Assembly: GCA_937974625.1 (NCBI GenBank)
Contig: CALJVJ010000113.1
Coordinates: 2,854 to 66,853, forward strand
Origin: an uncultured Saprospiraceae bacterium
Lineage (GTDB): Bacteria > Bacteroidota > Bacteroidia > Chitinophagales > Saprospiraceae
Direction: 5' to 3'
Length of the DNA stretch: 64,000 nt
Shown here: positions 35,982-46,099 of the stretch, piece by piece
How positions within the stretch are numbered: the stretch's first letter is position 1
Layout of the letters: the number at the start of each line of letters is the position of its first letter
Made by a program: the position numbers and the translations under genes
Notes under the pieces: generated by a model
The model's input: the letters and a program-made list of their open reading frames with translations, nothing else
Told to the model about the DNA's origin: nothing
Databases searched by the model: none

Positions 35982-37922
35982 ATGAAGCATTTAGTCCTAC
36001 TACTATACATTTCACTTTTAAGTACCTCCACTCTATTTGGACAAAATACTCAGTTCCAAAAAATAGATGCTTACTTAAAAGCCTATCAAGCTAAGATTCC
36101 TATCCCAGGTTTTTCCATAGCTATTGTTGAAGACAATAAGGTGGTCTTTTCAAAAGGATATGGGGTACAAAAACAAGGAACGAACATCTCTATGAACCCC
36201 TCAAGCAGTTTAGGGGTTGGGTCATTGGGGCGGGGATTTACCACGGTTGGTATAATGCAGTTAGTCGAGAAAGGATTGGTTGACTTAGATAGCCCTGTTA
36301 TCAAATATTTACCATGGTTTAAAACGGCAAATAAAAATTTTAGTGATGTCATTACGGTGAGAATGTGTTTGAGTAACACCACCGCCATTCCTGCTCAATT
36401 TGAGGCTGTTCCAAGTCTAAATCCAGATGAATCATTAGCAAAATTTGTCCGGTCAATGGAAGGGTATTACGTCAAAAGAAAGCCTGGTTTGGCCTATGAA
36501 TTTAGTGATGAAGGCTATAGTATTTGTGGTTTAATCATAAGTGAGGTATCAGGAATGACTTATTCGAATTATATAGAAAAAAATATTTTCGGCCCCTTAA
36601 ATATGACCAAAACTACGACTAAACCTAGTCGTTTCGATGAATTAAATGTGCTTTATGGACATGAAATGGCTTTAGCTAATTGTGTACCAGCTAATAAAAG
36701 CGCCATTAATGGAAATTTCTTTCCAGCAGGGTCTGATATGAAATCTACGGCAAATGATTTTGCTAATTTCATGATTATGTTGTTAAATAATGGGCAATTT
36801 AAGGACCAGCAATTTTTACAAGCAAATAGTATCGAAGAAATTTTTAAATCCAATATTTCCTTCCAAGGTTTAGGAACAATGTTGGGAGGAAATGGGGTGG
36901 ATATCCAATGTGGTTTAGGTTGGTTGGAAATGGAAATAGAGAATCGGACCATTTATATTCAAGTTGGAAATACGGGCACTACGGCTGCTATCGCAGGATT
37001 GAGTAGAGAACGCAACCAAGGAGTTGTCCTGCTATTTAATGGTGATGTCAATCGTTTGGACCGATATGTTTATCCAACCTTAGAAAATACAGCGAATAAT
37101 GTCATTCATATCTTAAATGATGAAGCAACAACAGATTTTGCGGTAATGAGGTTTGATGACCCTTACGAAGATGAGGACTATGTTTTACCAAAAGCAAAGT
37201 GGAGTAAATATTTTGGAAAATACCATCCTTCTGGTCAAGAAAGTCCATTTTTCAAAGATATTAACATCGAAGTTTTTGAAGGCGAAAGCGGACAAATTGA
37301 ATTAAAAGCTTTTAATGAAAATAATTTAAAAGGACATTATATTTTGCTGTTCACCAATGAATCAAGAGCAGCTTTACGTAATATTTCTCATCCAAGAGAA
37401 ATCCTCTTTAAAATATTTCCGAATGGGTCAATTGGTGGTTTATTTATGTTTGGTACAGAATTTAAAAAACGAGATGAAGCTATTGAAGCAAAGTTTAAGC
37501 CCGTTGCCTTCAATATTGGAACTACTAAATTAAATTTTTCCCTGCCTGAAAATAAACAAGTAACGATAAATGGGAATAAGCTAATAGCCACTTTTCCAAA
37601 TCAAGAGGGAGTTGATTTAAAAATGAACTTAGAGGATATTAATAACCAGACATTTAAGACCTTGATTACTCAGCGATTCAACGATAGGACCGTTTCCTCA
37701 AAAGGAAATCTGCTAGCTAAAAATTTAAGAGGAGGTATTTGGCAAGAACAAACAGTTTTCACAAAGGAAGGAGGAACACTTAACCAGCATTTATTTATGC
37801 TCTATCAAGACCCTGTTAAAAATAAGCAAGTAGTGGTTGAGCTAACTAACCCTTTTGGAAATTTCAACTCTGAATTACAGGAAATACTGATGTATTTTCA
37901 ACGTACAGTGAAGTTTGAATAA
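35982..37922 (+). CDS. Secreted beta-lactamase/transpeptidase-fold (serine hydrolase family) protein with a C-terminal extension; catalytic motifs appear degenerate
   Basis: Signal peptide, then GFSIAIVEDNKVVFSKGYG ... VGSLGRGFTTVGIMQLVEKGLVDLDSPVIKYLPWF aligns by eye to the usual xGSxSKxFTA...LDDPVxKYLP block. SxxK reads S-L-G-R here, and the YxN region reads YEFSDEGY. Confidence 0.7.
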   Translation: MKHLVLLLYISLLSTSTLFGQNTQFQKIDAYLKAYQAKIPIPGFSIAIVEDNKVVFSKGYGVQKQGTNISMNPSSSLGVGSLGRGFTTVGIMQLVEKGLVDLDSPVIKYLPWFKTANKNFSDVITVRMCLSNTTAIPAQFEAVPSLNPDESLAKFVRSMEGYYVKRKPGLAYEFSDEGYSICGLIISEVSGMTYSNYIEKNIFGPLNMTKTTTKPSRFDELNVLYGHEMALANCVPANKSAINGNFFPAGSDMKSTANDFANFMIMLLNNGQFKDQQFLQANSIEEIFKSNISFQGLGTMLGGNGVDIQCGLGWLEMEIENRTIYIQVGNTGTTAAIAGLSRERNQGVVLLFNGDVNRLDRYVYPTLENTANNVIHILNDEATTDFAVMRFDDPYEDEDYVLPKAKWSKYFGKYHPSGQESPFFKDINIEVFEGESGQIELKAFNENNLKGHYILLFTNESRAALRNISHPREILFKIFPNGSIGGLFMFGTEFKKRDEAIEAKFKPVAFNIGTTKLNFSLPENKQVTINGNKLIATFPNQEGVDLKMNLEDINNQTFKTLITQRFNDRTVSSKGNLLAKNLRGGIWQEQTVFTKEGGTLNQHLFMLYQDPVKNKQVVVELTNPFGNFNSELQEILMYFQRTVKFE

Positions 37923-38013
37923 TCCAAGTTTGAACATTCTTATTCGAATATATTCAATTAGCTTAACCAGATGCTGCTCGAACAAAAATGTTCAAGCTGC
38001 AACTTAGTAGCGT

Positions 38014-38295
38014 TTATATTATCTCATCAAATTCTTCTGATTCATTTTCTTCTATCCATCGACTAATAGCTCCTAATTTTTGCTGGTGCATCTTCGGCAA
38101 AGCTTCCATGACCTCTTGGATAAATTGGGCATCTACAATAGCTTTTATAGCCTCTACAGAGTCAATATCATGCCCACTTCTAAATTTATAAGTCATTTCA
38201 TAAAGTCCCGATTCAAACTTAGCAGAATATTTACTATCATGTAGAAAAAGCGTTATTTTAAGGGTAGGATGTGGAATATCACCGACGATGCGCAT
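38014..38295 (-). CDS. Hypothetical small protein (93 aa)
   Basis: ATG-initiated ORF whose start overlaps the 3' end of the upstream DUF2520 gene by 17 nt, which is a translational-coupling geometry. No family recognised. Confidence 0.45.
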   Translation of the reverse strand: MRIVGDIPHPTLKITLFLHDSKYSAKFESGLYEMTYKFRSGHDIDSVEAIKAIVDAQFIQEVMEALPKMHQQKLGAISRWIEENESEEFDEII

Positions 38296-39058
38296 CTTGA
38301 ATACTTTTGGTTAATAAAGTGTAAAGGTGCTGATATTTAGGGAATTTCTTTAGGTATTTTAAATGCTTTTTAATCGTTTTTTCGTCATTTCTTCTGGCGG
38401 GTCCAGTTTGCATTTCTAAGGGTGAATATTTGGCAATTTTAAGTACGGTTTCTTCTATCAATGGCTTCAATAAGTCAAACTCTAGTTGTTCTTCGTTTGT
38501 AATATGCTGACCTAAATGAAAAAGATGGTTGGTAAAATTGTTAACGATTACTGCTGCGACGTGTAAAATGGCTCTCTCTTTATCGTTAATCGTAGCTACT
38601 CTATTACTAATCAAATTACCAAGATTGTTTAGTTTTTTGAGGCCTTTAGAGTGGCTCGCATGCACACAAATTGGAATATTCGAAAAACGGATTTTTCTAG
38701 TTTTTGAAAAACTCTGAAGTGGATAAAAAATGCCAAAATTTAAAAAGTATTTTGCTAAAATTTCACTTGATGCCGCACCAGAGGTATGTACGATTAATTT
38801 TCGTTTCATCCCTTTGTGCCTACTCAAAACTTTTGCGACCGTTTCAATGGCGTCATCTTTTACAGCTATGATGTAAAGGTCTGATTTTGAATCAATTGCT
38901 GAAAATTTACTGACAGGTACAGCCTTTATTTTTCTAGCTAAAAATTGAGCATTTATTAATTGGCGACTATAAACTTGTCTTATATTGATTCCTTTTTTAA
39001 AAAGCCTTTTTCCTAAGTGATAGCCTACATTTCCTGCACCGATAAGGGTAATCTTCAT
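38279..39058 (-). CDS. Rossmann-fold NAD(P)-binding protein with DUF2520-type C-terminal domain
   Basis: MKITLIGAGNVGYHLGKRL dinucleotide-binding start. The length and C-terminal helical domain match DUF2520 / ProC-like oxidoreductase-like proteins. Confidence 0.6.
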   Translation of the reverse strand: MKITLIGAGNVGYHLGKRLFKKGINIRQVYSRQLINAQFLARKIKAVPVSKFSAIDSKSDLYIIAVKDDAIETVAKVLSRHKGMKRKLIVHTSGAASSEILAKYFLNFGIFYPLQSFSKTRKIRFSNIPICVHASHSKGLKKLNNLGNLISNRVATINDKERAILHVAAVIVNNFTNHLFHLGQHITNEEQLEFDLLKPLIEETVLKIAKYSPLEMQTGPARRNDEKTIKKHLKYLKKFPKYQHLYTLLTKSIQDAHRR

Positions 39059-39119
39059 AGTTTATTATTTTGAACCACAAAGGTATTAAAAGGACACAAA
39101 AGAAATTCACAAAAGATTT

Positions 39120-42100
39120 TTATTTGACTAATAAAATTTTTCTACTAATAATACCTTCTTCAAACATGAAATTGATAAAATACAAGCCATTGTCTAAATG
39201 AGATAAATCAAATTCTTCGTTTGCTTCTTTAATTCCTTTTTGGTAATTAATCATAACTCTCCGACCCAACCTATCCATTATTTGCATCGAGTAGTCTTTT
39301 TTATTTCCAAAGTCAACCTTGACTACTACCCTACCATTTGAAGGGTTAGGAAAAATATGGATGGAAACATCCGTATAAAATTCTTTATTGCTCGTCAAGA
39401 AATCAATAGAAAAATCTTGACTAAATCGACAATCATGCTCATCCGTAATGTTCAAAGTATAAATACCCGCACTCAGGTTCATTAAATTAAAGGTGGTCCC
39501 AACTATACTATCTCCTTTAAACCAGACAGGTTTCAAAACTCCTGTACCGCCAATTGCTTGTAGCTTAATGCTACCGTTGGCTAATCTATTGATTTCTGAT
39601 TGTATTTCTATATCAATTAATTCAATAGGGTTCACTCCTGGTATTTCAACCGTTTTAACCAAATTACAACCTGAATCATCTGTTACAGAGACCATATAAT
39701 TTCCTACAGGCAACCCTAAAGCTGAAGAGCTAGTTTGGGCAAATTCATCATTCCAAAGAAATTGGTAGGGCGCTATCCCTCCAATAGGTATAACGGAAGC
39801 GGCTCCCCTATCATTCATGCATAGTGGAGGAATGGCATTTGTTTCTATTTTAAAATTATTTTCTCTTTTAAACGGTACATAACAGAAACTATGATTCCCA
39901 TTTTTATCAGTGGCTCTAAAAGTTAAAACCGTACTATCTGTCGAATATCCGATACCACCTGCTTCAACTAGCGAAATATTGACACCTTCACAATTATCCG
40001 ATGCTGCTGGAAAATCTGCCGAAGTAATTTCAGTACAACCAAAAAAAATTAATGCTTCCATACAATCAAAAACTGGGGCTATCGTGTCCATTATTTGCAA
40101 AACAAGGTCAATCCGTTTTTCATTCCCATTTTCATCTATTCCTTTCAATTCCACGACTTGAGCACCTTTATTTTCACAGTCAAAAGTTGTCTTTGAAAGC
40201 GATAAAGTGACTGCTCCACAATTATCAAAACTACCAGCATCAAGAAGGTTTTCATCCAACGTTGCTACACCATTCTTATCTAAATAAATAGTTGGTTGAT
40301 GAAAAATCAAAGTTGGTGGAATGGTATCTATAATTTGAAAATCTATCTCCATTTTTCGTTCATTTCCAACAGCATCAACCCCAATTATTTCCACAGTTTG
40401 ATGACCAATTTTTTGACAATCAAATTCCGTTTGATTTAAGGACAAGCGTACCTCACTACAATCATCAAAACTACCTGCATCAAAAGCAGCAGCCGATAAA
40501 TCGTACCTACCTTCTTCATCCAAATAAATGATAGGAGATTGTAGGATTAAAGTTGGGGCGGTAGTGTCTTCCTCCTGATAAATAGCAAGCGCTAAAGTAT
40601 CTTCACAGCCATTGACATCAATCGCATAAACCGAATAATTTCCTATTGGTAAATTGAATTGATTCTGGCCTGAAAAACCGTTTGACCAATTATAAAAAGT
40701 AGGGGTATTTGAAGCATTCGTTATAAAAGCACCTCCAGTTTCTTCAATCGAACAAATTGGGTTGACGAGGGAATCTATCCATATATCCAAAGGCTCAGAT
40801 ACGTTCAATTCAACAGAATCTATTACTTGACAGCCAATTTTGTCTGTAACAGTAACAGTATATAATCCAGTAGTTAAATCCATTAAGTTTGCGGTTGAAC
40901 GACCATCTGACCAACTGAATTGATAGTCGGGGGTTCCTCCTTCTGGTAGGATTTCTATTGCCCCATTTCTGGCACCAACACATCCATCTGTGGTATTGAT
41001 GTCAGCTATTTTTAGAGGCCTTGGTTCTTCTATAAAAAGGGTGGTATCCATGCTAATCAATCCATCAAAAATAGTCACTGAATAAGCACCTGCAAAAAGG
41101 TCTTGAATAATGGAAGAAGTGGCGCCATTGCTCCAAGAATAGGTATAAGTTCCAGTCCCGCCATTGGGAGCAACGCTGGCTACCCCATCGTTACCACCCG
41201 CACAACTGACCCCAATTCTATTTGCTGCAATGGCTAATGGAGCAGGCGTTTCATAGCAAATACTTAAATCCCATTGCTCTATCCTTCCTCCATCTAAAAT
41301 GGCATTATCTCGCACAATTAGTTGCCAATCTCCATTTACCTCACTCCCAATTAATTGGTTGAGTTGTTCCAAAGGTTGGACTGGTAACTGGCTAAACGGT
41401 GGACAAGGAATGTCTTCATTTAGAATATTAGCAGCATCCGAAAAATTCAATTCCAAATCCTCTTGTAAAAAGCAAATTTCCTCTAATAATCTAACCCTTG
41501 CTCCAGAAGGCGATTCTAAATCAATAATTAGGTCTGCTATAAAGGAGTGGGCAATCTTTAAATTTTCTATTTGGATACTTGTCAGTTTACCATTTGCTGG
41601 AATACTAATAGTAGAAGAAACCGTTGAGCCAAATATACTTGGAATGGTTACGGGTAAATCTCTAGCAGAAAAATCAGTACATTTTTCATTCAAAGTTTGA
41701 AAGGTAAAAATTTCAGAATAATTCCCTGTCCCACAAGAATTTTCCGCACGAACCCTCCAGAAATATTGGGTATTGTTATTCAAAGTAAGGTCAAGCTCAC
41801 ATGTCGTTTTTTCTATTTTATTTTTTACAAAAATAGATTGAACAAAAGATAAATCGGTAGCAATTTCTAATTGGTAAAAATCTGCAAGGGTATCTTTCCT
41901 CCAAGAAAAAGTAGGTTTTGCCCCAACGGTTTGCTCCTTATCCATAGGAGTAATTAATGCTATAGCTTGGGGAGGACTGTTTGCAATATTTAGCCTCAAG
42001 CCTCTTGTCTTTTCTCCAGTGCTACCAATGGCAATCAAATTAAAATCATAGCTCCCAGTTAAATTCTCCAAATTAGAAATGGATAAAATGACTTCTGCTG

Positions 42101-44207
42101 GTACGACAGGGTTCGCGTTTGAAAATTCTGCGACCACTCCTACTGGTAAACCTGTTACTTTTAACTCCAGTGGCGCTTTAAAATTTCCAGTTTCATCAAG
42201 TTTAATTTCAAATATACCTGCCGAAGGATTACAAACCCCCAGATTTGGCATCACGGTAACTTCAAAATCGTTAACAGGTTTTGTGATGGTAAAATTTTCA
42301 TTAGATAAATCAAAATAAATATTACCTTCTGCTTTAACCATAATTCTTGCACCTGAGGTAGATAGATTTGGAACTAGGATAACCGCATCTCCTGTATTAG
42401 GTACCCGTTCTTTTAAGGTCGTTGGAAAAGTAAGTCCTCCATCCGTGGATAATAAGATGGCAACGGTTTGGGTATTAATAGGACTTTCAATTGTATTGCC
42501 TACTTCCCATAGAATAGTTTGTTCTGTACCAGCCTGCCAAGATTCTTTGGTGTTGGGATAACTTATTTGAAAAGGATTCCCTGCTACGACCTTCACTTCC
42601 ACATCTTGCAGCTCGTAGCAACCTCCTCCAGTTTGATTATCTCTAACTGTTCCTCGAAAATTCATAGTTCTTTCTACCGACGGCAAAACTTCCCAAGTAG
42701 GCGAAATATTTTTAGATAAATCAGGTAAATTTGGAAAATATCGGATAGCCTTATTAGCAGGTAGGATACTTCGAAACATGGGTCCTTCTTCATTAGTGGA
42801 TAAAGGCGGAATCGCTCCAATTCCAGCATCCATTTGTTCCCAGGTATAAGTCAGTTCGTTGTTGCCAACATCCGTAGCATTCATGCTTAAAGCAAAAGGA
42901 GTAGAAATAGGAATATGATAGGAACTATTCGCAGCAATAATAACAGGTGCAGTATTTTCGAATCCAGTCGATTGTACGCCACAGTCGCTATTATTGATAA
43001 CCTCATTCATTTGTTGCAAACTCACTGCATGAAAATAAGCATCGGAGTTATCTTGAACATTTTGCGGGGAACAAATCCCTGCATATGCCATAATGGTTGA
43101 GCCACTACCAGGTTCTACAGCCGATTCATTACTTCTATTACTACCTGCACAAGCTACTTGATTCCCGTTAAAGGTGTGTGCTGCGCCAAATTGATGCCCC
43201 AACTCATGTGCCACTAAATCAATAGCAAAAATAGGTCCTTCTGGTTGAGGAAAACCACTAGCTCCACTGGCTTTAAAATTTTCTTGGCAGATAGTTCCAA
43301 GGAAGGCGACCCCTCCTAAACCTGTACCAAAAACATGTCCAATGTCATAATTTTCAATTCCTATTTTTGTATCACAAACAGTTTGGTTTTCCCCTAACAT
43401 TTCTGTTAGTTCGGTATTCGAATAGGGGTCACTCTCTCCATTTAAATAGATTAGGTCTGTTGTATTAGGAATTAATTCGAGGGATATTGCTAGGTCATTT
43501 TCAAAAATTCCGTTGACCACGGTCAAGGTATTATTCATGGCTATTAAAGCATCCTCAACTGTTCCACCATGATATTGTGCGAATTCTCCAGTGCATCCCA
43601 AAGCAAAGCGATATTTACGTAGCTCACAATTAACGGGATTAGACCTATTGTTAGCAGGTTGGGTGTTATTGCTTTTTATAAATTCTTTTACCTTACAATC
43701 AAAGGGTCGATTACCAAGGTTTTTTTTTGATTGAACTTGATAAATACTTGAGGTATTGGTGTGGATTGGGTCTAAAAGTATCGTTCCATATTGATTCGAT
43801 TGAATAATTCCAGTTAAGCCTTTAGGACTAAAACTGAATCGAATAACAGCAGCAGGGTCATCTATTCCCGTACCAGCATAGGCTTGTATATTTGGAAATC
43901 GTTTAGCCAAAGAAGCATGAAAATTATTGGCTTCCTCTATTAAGAATCTTTGGAAGGTTCCATTAGGTAGAGGAAAAGAAACAATCGTTTTAGTTGGCTT
44001 ATTTTTGTATCGATTTCTAGATGGGGTATGAATTAATTTTTGGGCTAGGCTTTTGTAATTTAATTGAAATTGAAGGGAAGTATTATTAGCTAAGTTATTT
44101 ACTCTTTTTTGCGCTAAAATAGACCAAGGCTGTATCCTTACCACTTTATTTTGGGCAAAAGCTGAAATAGCCATTGAAAGGGAAAAAAGGATTAAAACTA
44201 AGCGCAT
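39120..44207 (-). CDS. Large T9SS-secreted multidomain reprolysin-like (M12B) zinc metalloprotease with proprotein-convertase P-domain, SprB repeats and HYR/Ig-like repeats
   Basis: Signal peptide and zincin motif HELGHQFGAAH. A P-domain-like segment follows (SIQIENLKIAHSFIADLIIDLESPSGARVRL...WQLIVRDNA). SprB-type repeats recur at least 5 times (GGTGTYTYSWSNG...YSVTIFDG and similar). Two tandem repeats of about 85 aa are present (D(T)xxPTLI...DAGSFDxC...L..T.FDC...G.Q.VE..G.D..GNE). The C-terminal ~86 aa are a T9SS type A sorting domain (IFPNPSNGRVVVKV...GLYFINF...KILLVK). Confidence 0.85.
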   Translation of the reverse strand: MRLVLILFSLSMAISAFAQNKVVRIQPWSILAQKRVNNLANNTSLQFQLNYKSLAQKLIHTPSRNRYKNKPTKTIVSFPLPNGTFQRFLIEEANNFHASLAKRFPNIQAYAGTGIDDPAAVIRFSFSPKGLTGIIQSNQYGTILLDPIHTNTSSIYQVQSKKNLGNRPFDCKVKEFIKSNNTQPANNRSNPVNCELRKYRFALGCTGEFAQYHGGTVEDALIAMNNTLTVVNGIFENDLAISLELIPNTTDLIYLNGESDPYSNTELTEMLGENQTVCDTKIGIENYDIGHVFGTGLGGVAFLGTICQENFKASGASGFPQPEGPIFAIDLVAHELGHQFGAAHTFNGNQVACAGSNRSNESAVEPGSGSTIMAYAGICSPQNVQDNSDAYFHAVSLQQMNEVINNSDCGVQSTGFENTAPVIIAANSSYHIPISTPFALSMNATDVGNNELTYTWEQMDAGIGAIPPLSTNEEGPMFRSILPANKAIRYFPNLPDLSKNISPTWEVLPSVERTMNFRGTVRDNQTGGGCYELQDVEVKVVAGNPFQISYPNTKESWQAGTEQTILWEVGNTIESPINTQTVAILLSTDGGLTFPTTLKERVPNTGDAVILVPNLSTSGARIMVKAEGNIYFDLSNENFTITKPVNDFEVTVMPNLGVCNPSAGIFEIKLDETGNFKAPLELKVTGLPVGVVAEFSNANPVVPAEVILSISNLENLTGSYDFNLIAIGSTGEKTRGLRLNIANSPPQAIALITPMDKEQTVGAKPTFSWRKDTLADFYQLEIATDLSFVQSIFVKNKIEKTTCELDLTLNNNTQYFWRVRAENSCGTGNYSEIFTFQTLNEKCTDFSARDLPVTIPSIFGSTVSSTISIPANGKLTSIQIENLKIAHSFIADLIIDLESPSGARVRLLEEICFLQEDLELNFSDAANILNEDIPCPPFSQLPVQPLEQLNQLIGSEVNGDWQLIVRDNAILDGGRIEQWDLSICYETPAPLAIAANRIGVSCAGGNDGVASVAPNGGTGTYTYSWSNGATSSIIQDLFAGAYSVTIFDGLISMDTTLFIEEPRPLKIADINTTDGCVGARNGAIEILPEGGTPDYQFSWSDGRSTANLMDLTTGLYTVTVTDKIGCQVIDSVELNVSEPLDIWIDSLVNPICSIEETGGAFITNASNTPTFYNWSNGFSGQNQFNLPIGNYSVYAIDVNGCEDTLALAIYQEEDTTAPTLILQSPIIYLDEEGRYDLSAAAFDAGSFDDCSEVRLSLNQTEFDCQKIGHQTVEIIGVDAVGNERKMEIDFQIIDTIPPTLIFHQPTIYLDKNGVATLDENLLDAGSFDNCGAVTLSLSKTTFDCENKGAQVVELKGIDENGNEKRIDLVLQIMDTIAPVFDCMEALIFFGCTEITSADFPAASDNCEGVNISLVEAGGIGYSTDSTVLTFRATDKNGNHSFCYVPFKRENNFKIETNAIPPLCMNDRGAASVIPIGGIAPYQFLWNDEFAQTSSSALGLPVGNYMVSVTDDSGCNLVKTVEIPGVNPIELIDIEIQSEINRLANGSIKLQAIGGTGVLKPVWFKGDSIVGTTFNLMNLSAGIYTLNITDEHDCRFSQDFSIDFLTSNKEFYTDVSIHIFPNPSNGRVVVKVDFGNKKDYSMQIMDRLGRRVMINYQKGIKEANEEFDLSHLDNGLYFINFMFEEGIISRKILLVK

Positions 44208-44424
44208 ATATAAAAAGTAGTTGAATTTGTTTAAATCTGGTGATTTTTTAAAGCATTGAGACCTTTATTTCCCTTGTATTCTACGACAAACTTCCCTACA
44301 TGTTTAAAGCAGGGGAAACGTTTTAATAAAAAACATAAAAAAGATATATTCGTATAATTTTTTTTAACTTTGATTGGTAAATCAAAATTCTTCTATCAAA
44401 TTATAAAATCAAAATTTAGTCATA

Positions 44425-45693
44425 ATGAAACGACCTATTTATTCCTATTTCTTATTACTAGCTTTTTTTGGATTGGTTACAAGCTGTCAACAGTCACCAG
44501 AAGGAGCCAAAACTTTAGACGCTACTACGCTTGTCAAAGACTTACAAAAGCGATTGATTGAAGCTAAAGCTGGAGAGGAAATTTTATTACCAGCAGGTAC
44601 TTTTTCTTTCAAACGTTCTATTTCTTTAAATGACACACCAGGAGTAACTATCAAAGGTGCTGGAAAAGGTAAGACCATTCTTTCTTTCAAAGGACAAATT
44701 GAAGGTGCAGAAGGAATTCTAATAAAGAATGCTAAAGATATTCATTTGGAAGGATTTACTGTTTCTGATTCAAAAGGAGATGCTATCAAAGTCCAAGCTT
44801 GTGAAAATGTGGTTATGCGTGATTTAGAAACAACTTGGACAGATGGCAAGAAGGCAACCAATGGCGCTTATGGTTTGTACCCCGTCAGTAGTAAAAATGT
44901 TTTGATGGAAAAATGTGAAGCTTCTTATGCAATGGATGCTGGTATTTATGTAGGCCAATCAACCAATGTAGTCGTCCGAGACAATTATGTTCATAATAAT
45001 GTAGCAGGTTTAGAAATTGAGAATACTAGAAACGGAGAAGTTTATAACAATATAGCTAAGAATAATACCGCAGGAATGTTAATTTTTGATATGCCTGATT
45101 TACCACAAGCCAATGGTGATAAAATCAAATTTTACAATAACTTAATGGATGGGAATAATGGTGAAAATTTTGCGCCAAAAGGTATGATTGTAAGTACGCT
45201 TCCTCCTGGTACAGGTATGAATTTGATGTCCCATTCTAATATTGAAATGCATGATAATGTTATTAAAAATCATAAAACGGTTAGTGTAATGATTAACAGT
45301 TGGTTTATTACAGGCAATCCGTTTAAATCAGAATTATTTGACCCATACTGTACCAATATTCATGTACATGATAATAAAATATCTGACCAACAAGGGCCTT
45401 CTGATATGTCTACAGAGGCTGGGCAGTTGATTTCTTTTATTACGGATGGTAAAGGCGCAGATATTATTATGGATGGTGTTTTCAAGCCAGGCCTACCTGA
45501 TGTAAATGGAAATGCTAGTAGTTACTGTATTAGAAACAATGGAGATAACTTAACCTTTATTAACTTAAATGCTGGATTAGGTGCAACTCCCGAAGAAATG
45601 AAGAAAAACATGGATGCTAATGCAGCTAAATTTGATTGTGAATTACCAGATTTTGATACTTCAGAGCATGATAAGTGGTTGGCGATAAAGTAG
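44425..45693 (+). CDS. Parallel beta-helix repeat lipoprotein
   Basis: Lipoprotein signal (FFGLVTSCQQ). Repeated right-handed beta-helix motifs follow (GILIKNAKDIHLEGFTV, NVVMRDLE, GIYVGQSTNVVVRDNYVHNNVAGLEIENT, NIAKNNTAGMLIFD). Confidence 0.7.
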   Translation: MKRPIYSYFLLLAFFGLVTSCQQSPEGAKTLDATTLVKDLQKRLIEAKAGEEILLPAGTFSFKRSISLNDTPGVTIKGAGKGKTILSFKGQIEGAEGILIKNAKDIHLEGFTVSDSKGDAIKVQACENVVMRDLETTWTDGKKATNGAYGLYPVSSKNVLMEKCEASYAMDAGIYVGQSTNVVVRDNYVHNNVAGLEIENTRNGEVYNNIAKNNTAGMLIFDMPDLPQANGDKIKFYNNLMDGNNGENFAPKGMIVSTLPPGTGMNLMSHSNIEMHDNVIKNHKTVSVMINSWFITGNPFKSELFDPYCTNIHVHDNKISDQQGPSDMSTEAGQLISFITDGKGADIIMDGVFKPGLPDVNGNASSYCIRNNGDNLTFINLNAGLGATPEEMKKNMDANAAKFDCELPDFDTSEHDKWLAIK

Positions 45694-45720
45694 GAGATTA
45701 GCAGTTAAAGTTAGCAAAAA

Positions 45721-45764
45721 AATACCCATTTAGATTATTTAAAATCTAAGTGGGTATTTTTTTT
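45721..45764 (+). terminator. Rho-independent terminator
   Basis: AATACCCATTTAGATT (45721-45736) pairs with AATCTAAGTGGGTATT (45743-45758) at 15 of 16 positions plus one G-U. A T-run follows to 45764. Confidence 0.8.
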
Positions 45765-45823
45765 CAAAATTTTTAAAAAAGTTCCTTCTAGGTAGTGGGT
45801 TAAAAATAAAGTAAACAATTTTT

Positions 45824-46048
45824 TTAATCTATCATCTCTTCATCTTCTCGCCAATCTGTTCTTGCTAAAACAACCATTACTATTCCTCCTAAAATCATCA
45901 AGAGGCGAATGACAAAGCCCAATAAAGGGCTTGGTTTATCAATCCATGTTAGATAGGACAATTGTACACCTATTAAGCTTAAAACTAAGGCTAAGCCGCC
46001 AATAATAAATAGTAAGAAACCGATAAAGGTTGTTGTTGTTTTAGACAT
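45824..46048 (-). CDS. Small two-TM membrane protein
   Basis: ORF 45824..46090; I prefer the ATG at 46048 (MSKTTTTFIGFLLFIIGGLALVL...). It has two hydrophobic helices and an acidic tail. Confidence 0.45.
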   Translation of the reverse strand: MSKTTTTFIGFLLFIIGGLALVLSLIGVQLSYLTWIDKPSPLLGFVIRLLMILGGIVMVVLARTDWREDEEMID

Positions 46049-46099
46049 CTTGTTATTCCTAATTGTAATAATAAAGTTATGAATTAACAAAGTAACAAA

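Noticed and set aside
44370-44561. 63-aa ORF overlapping the start of the beta-helix lipoprotein gene
   Set aside because: It is out of frame with and overlapping a gene that has a clear lipoprotein signal, so it is likely spurious.
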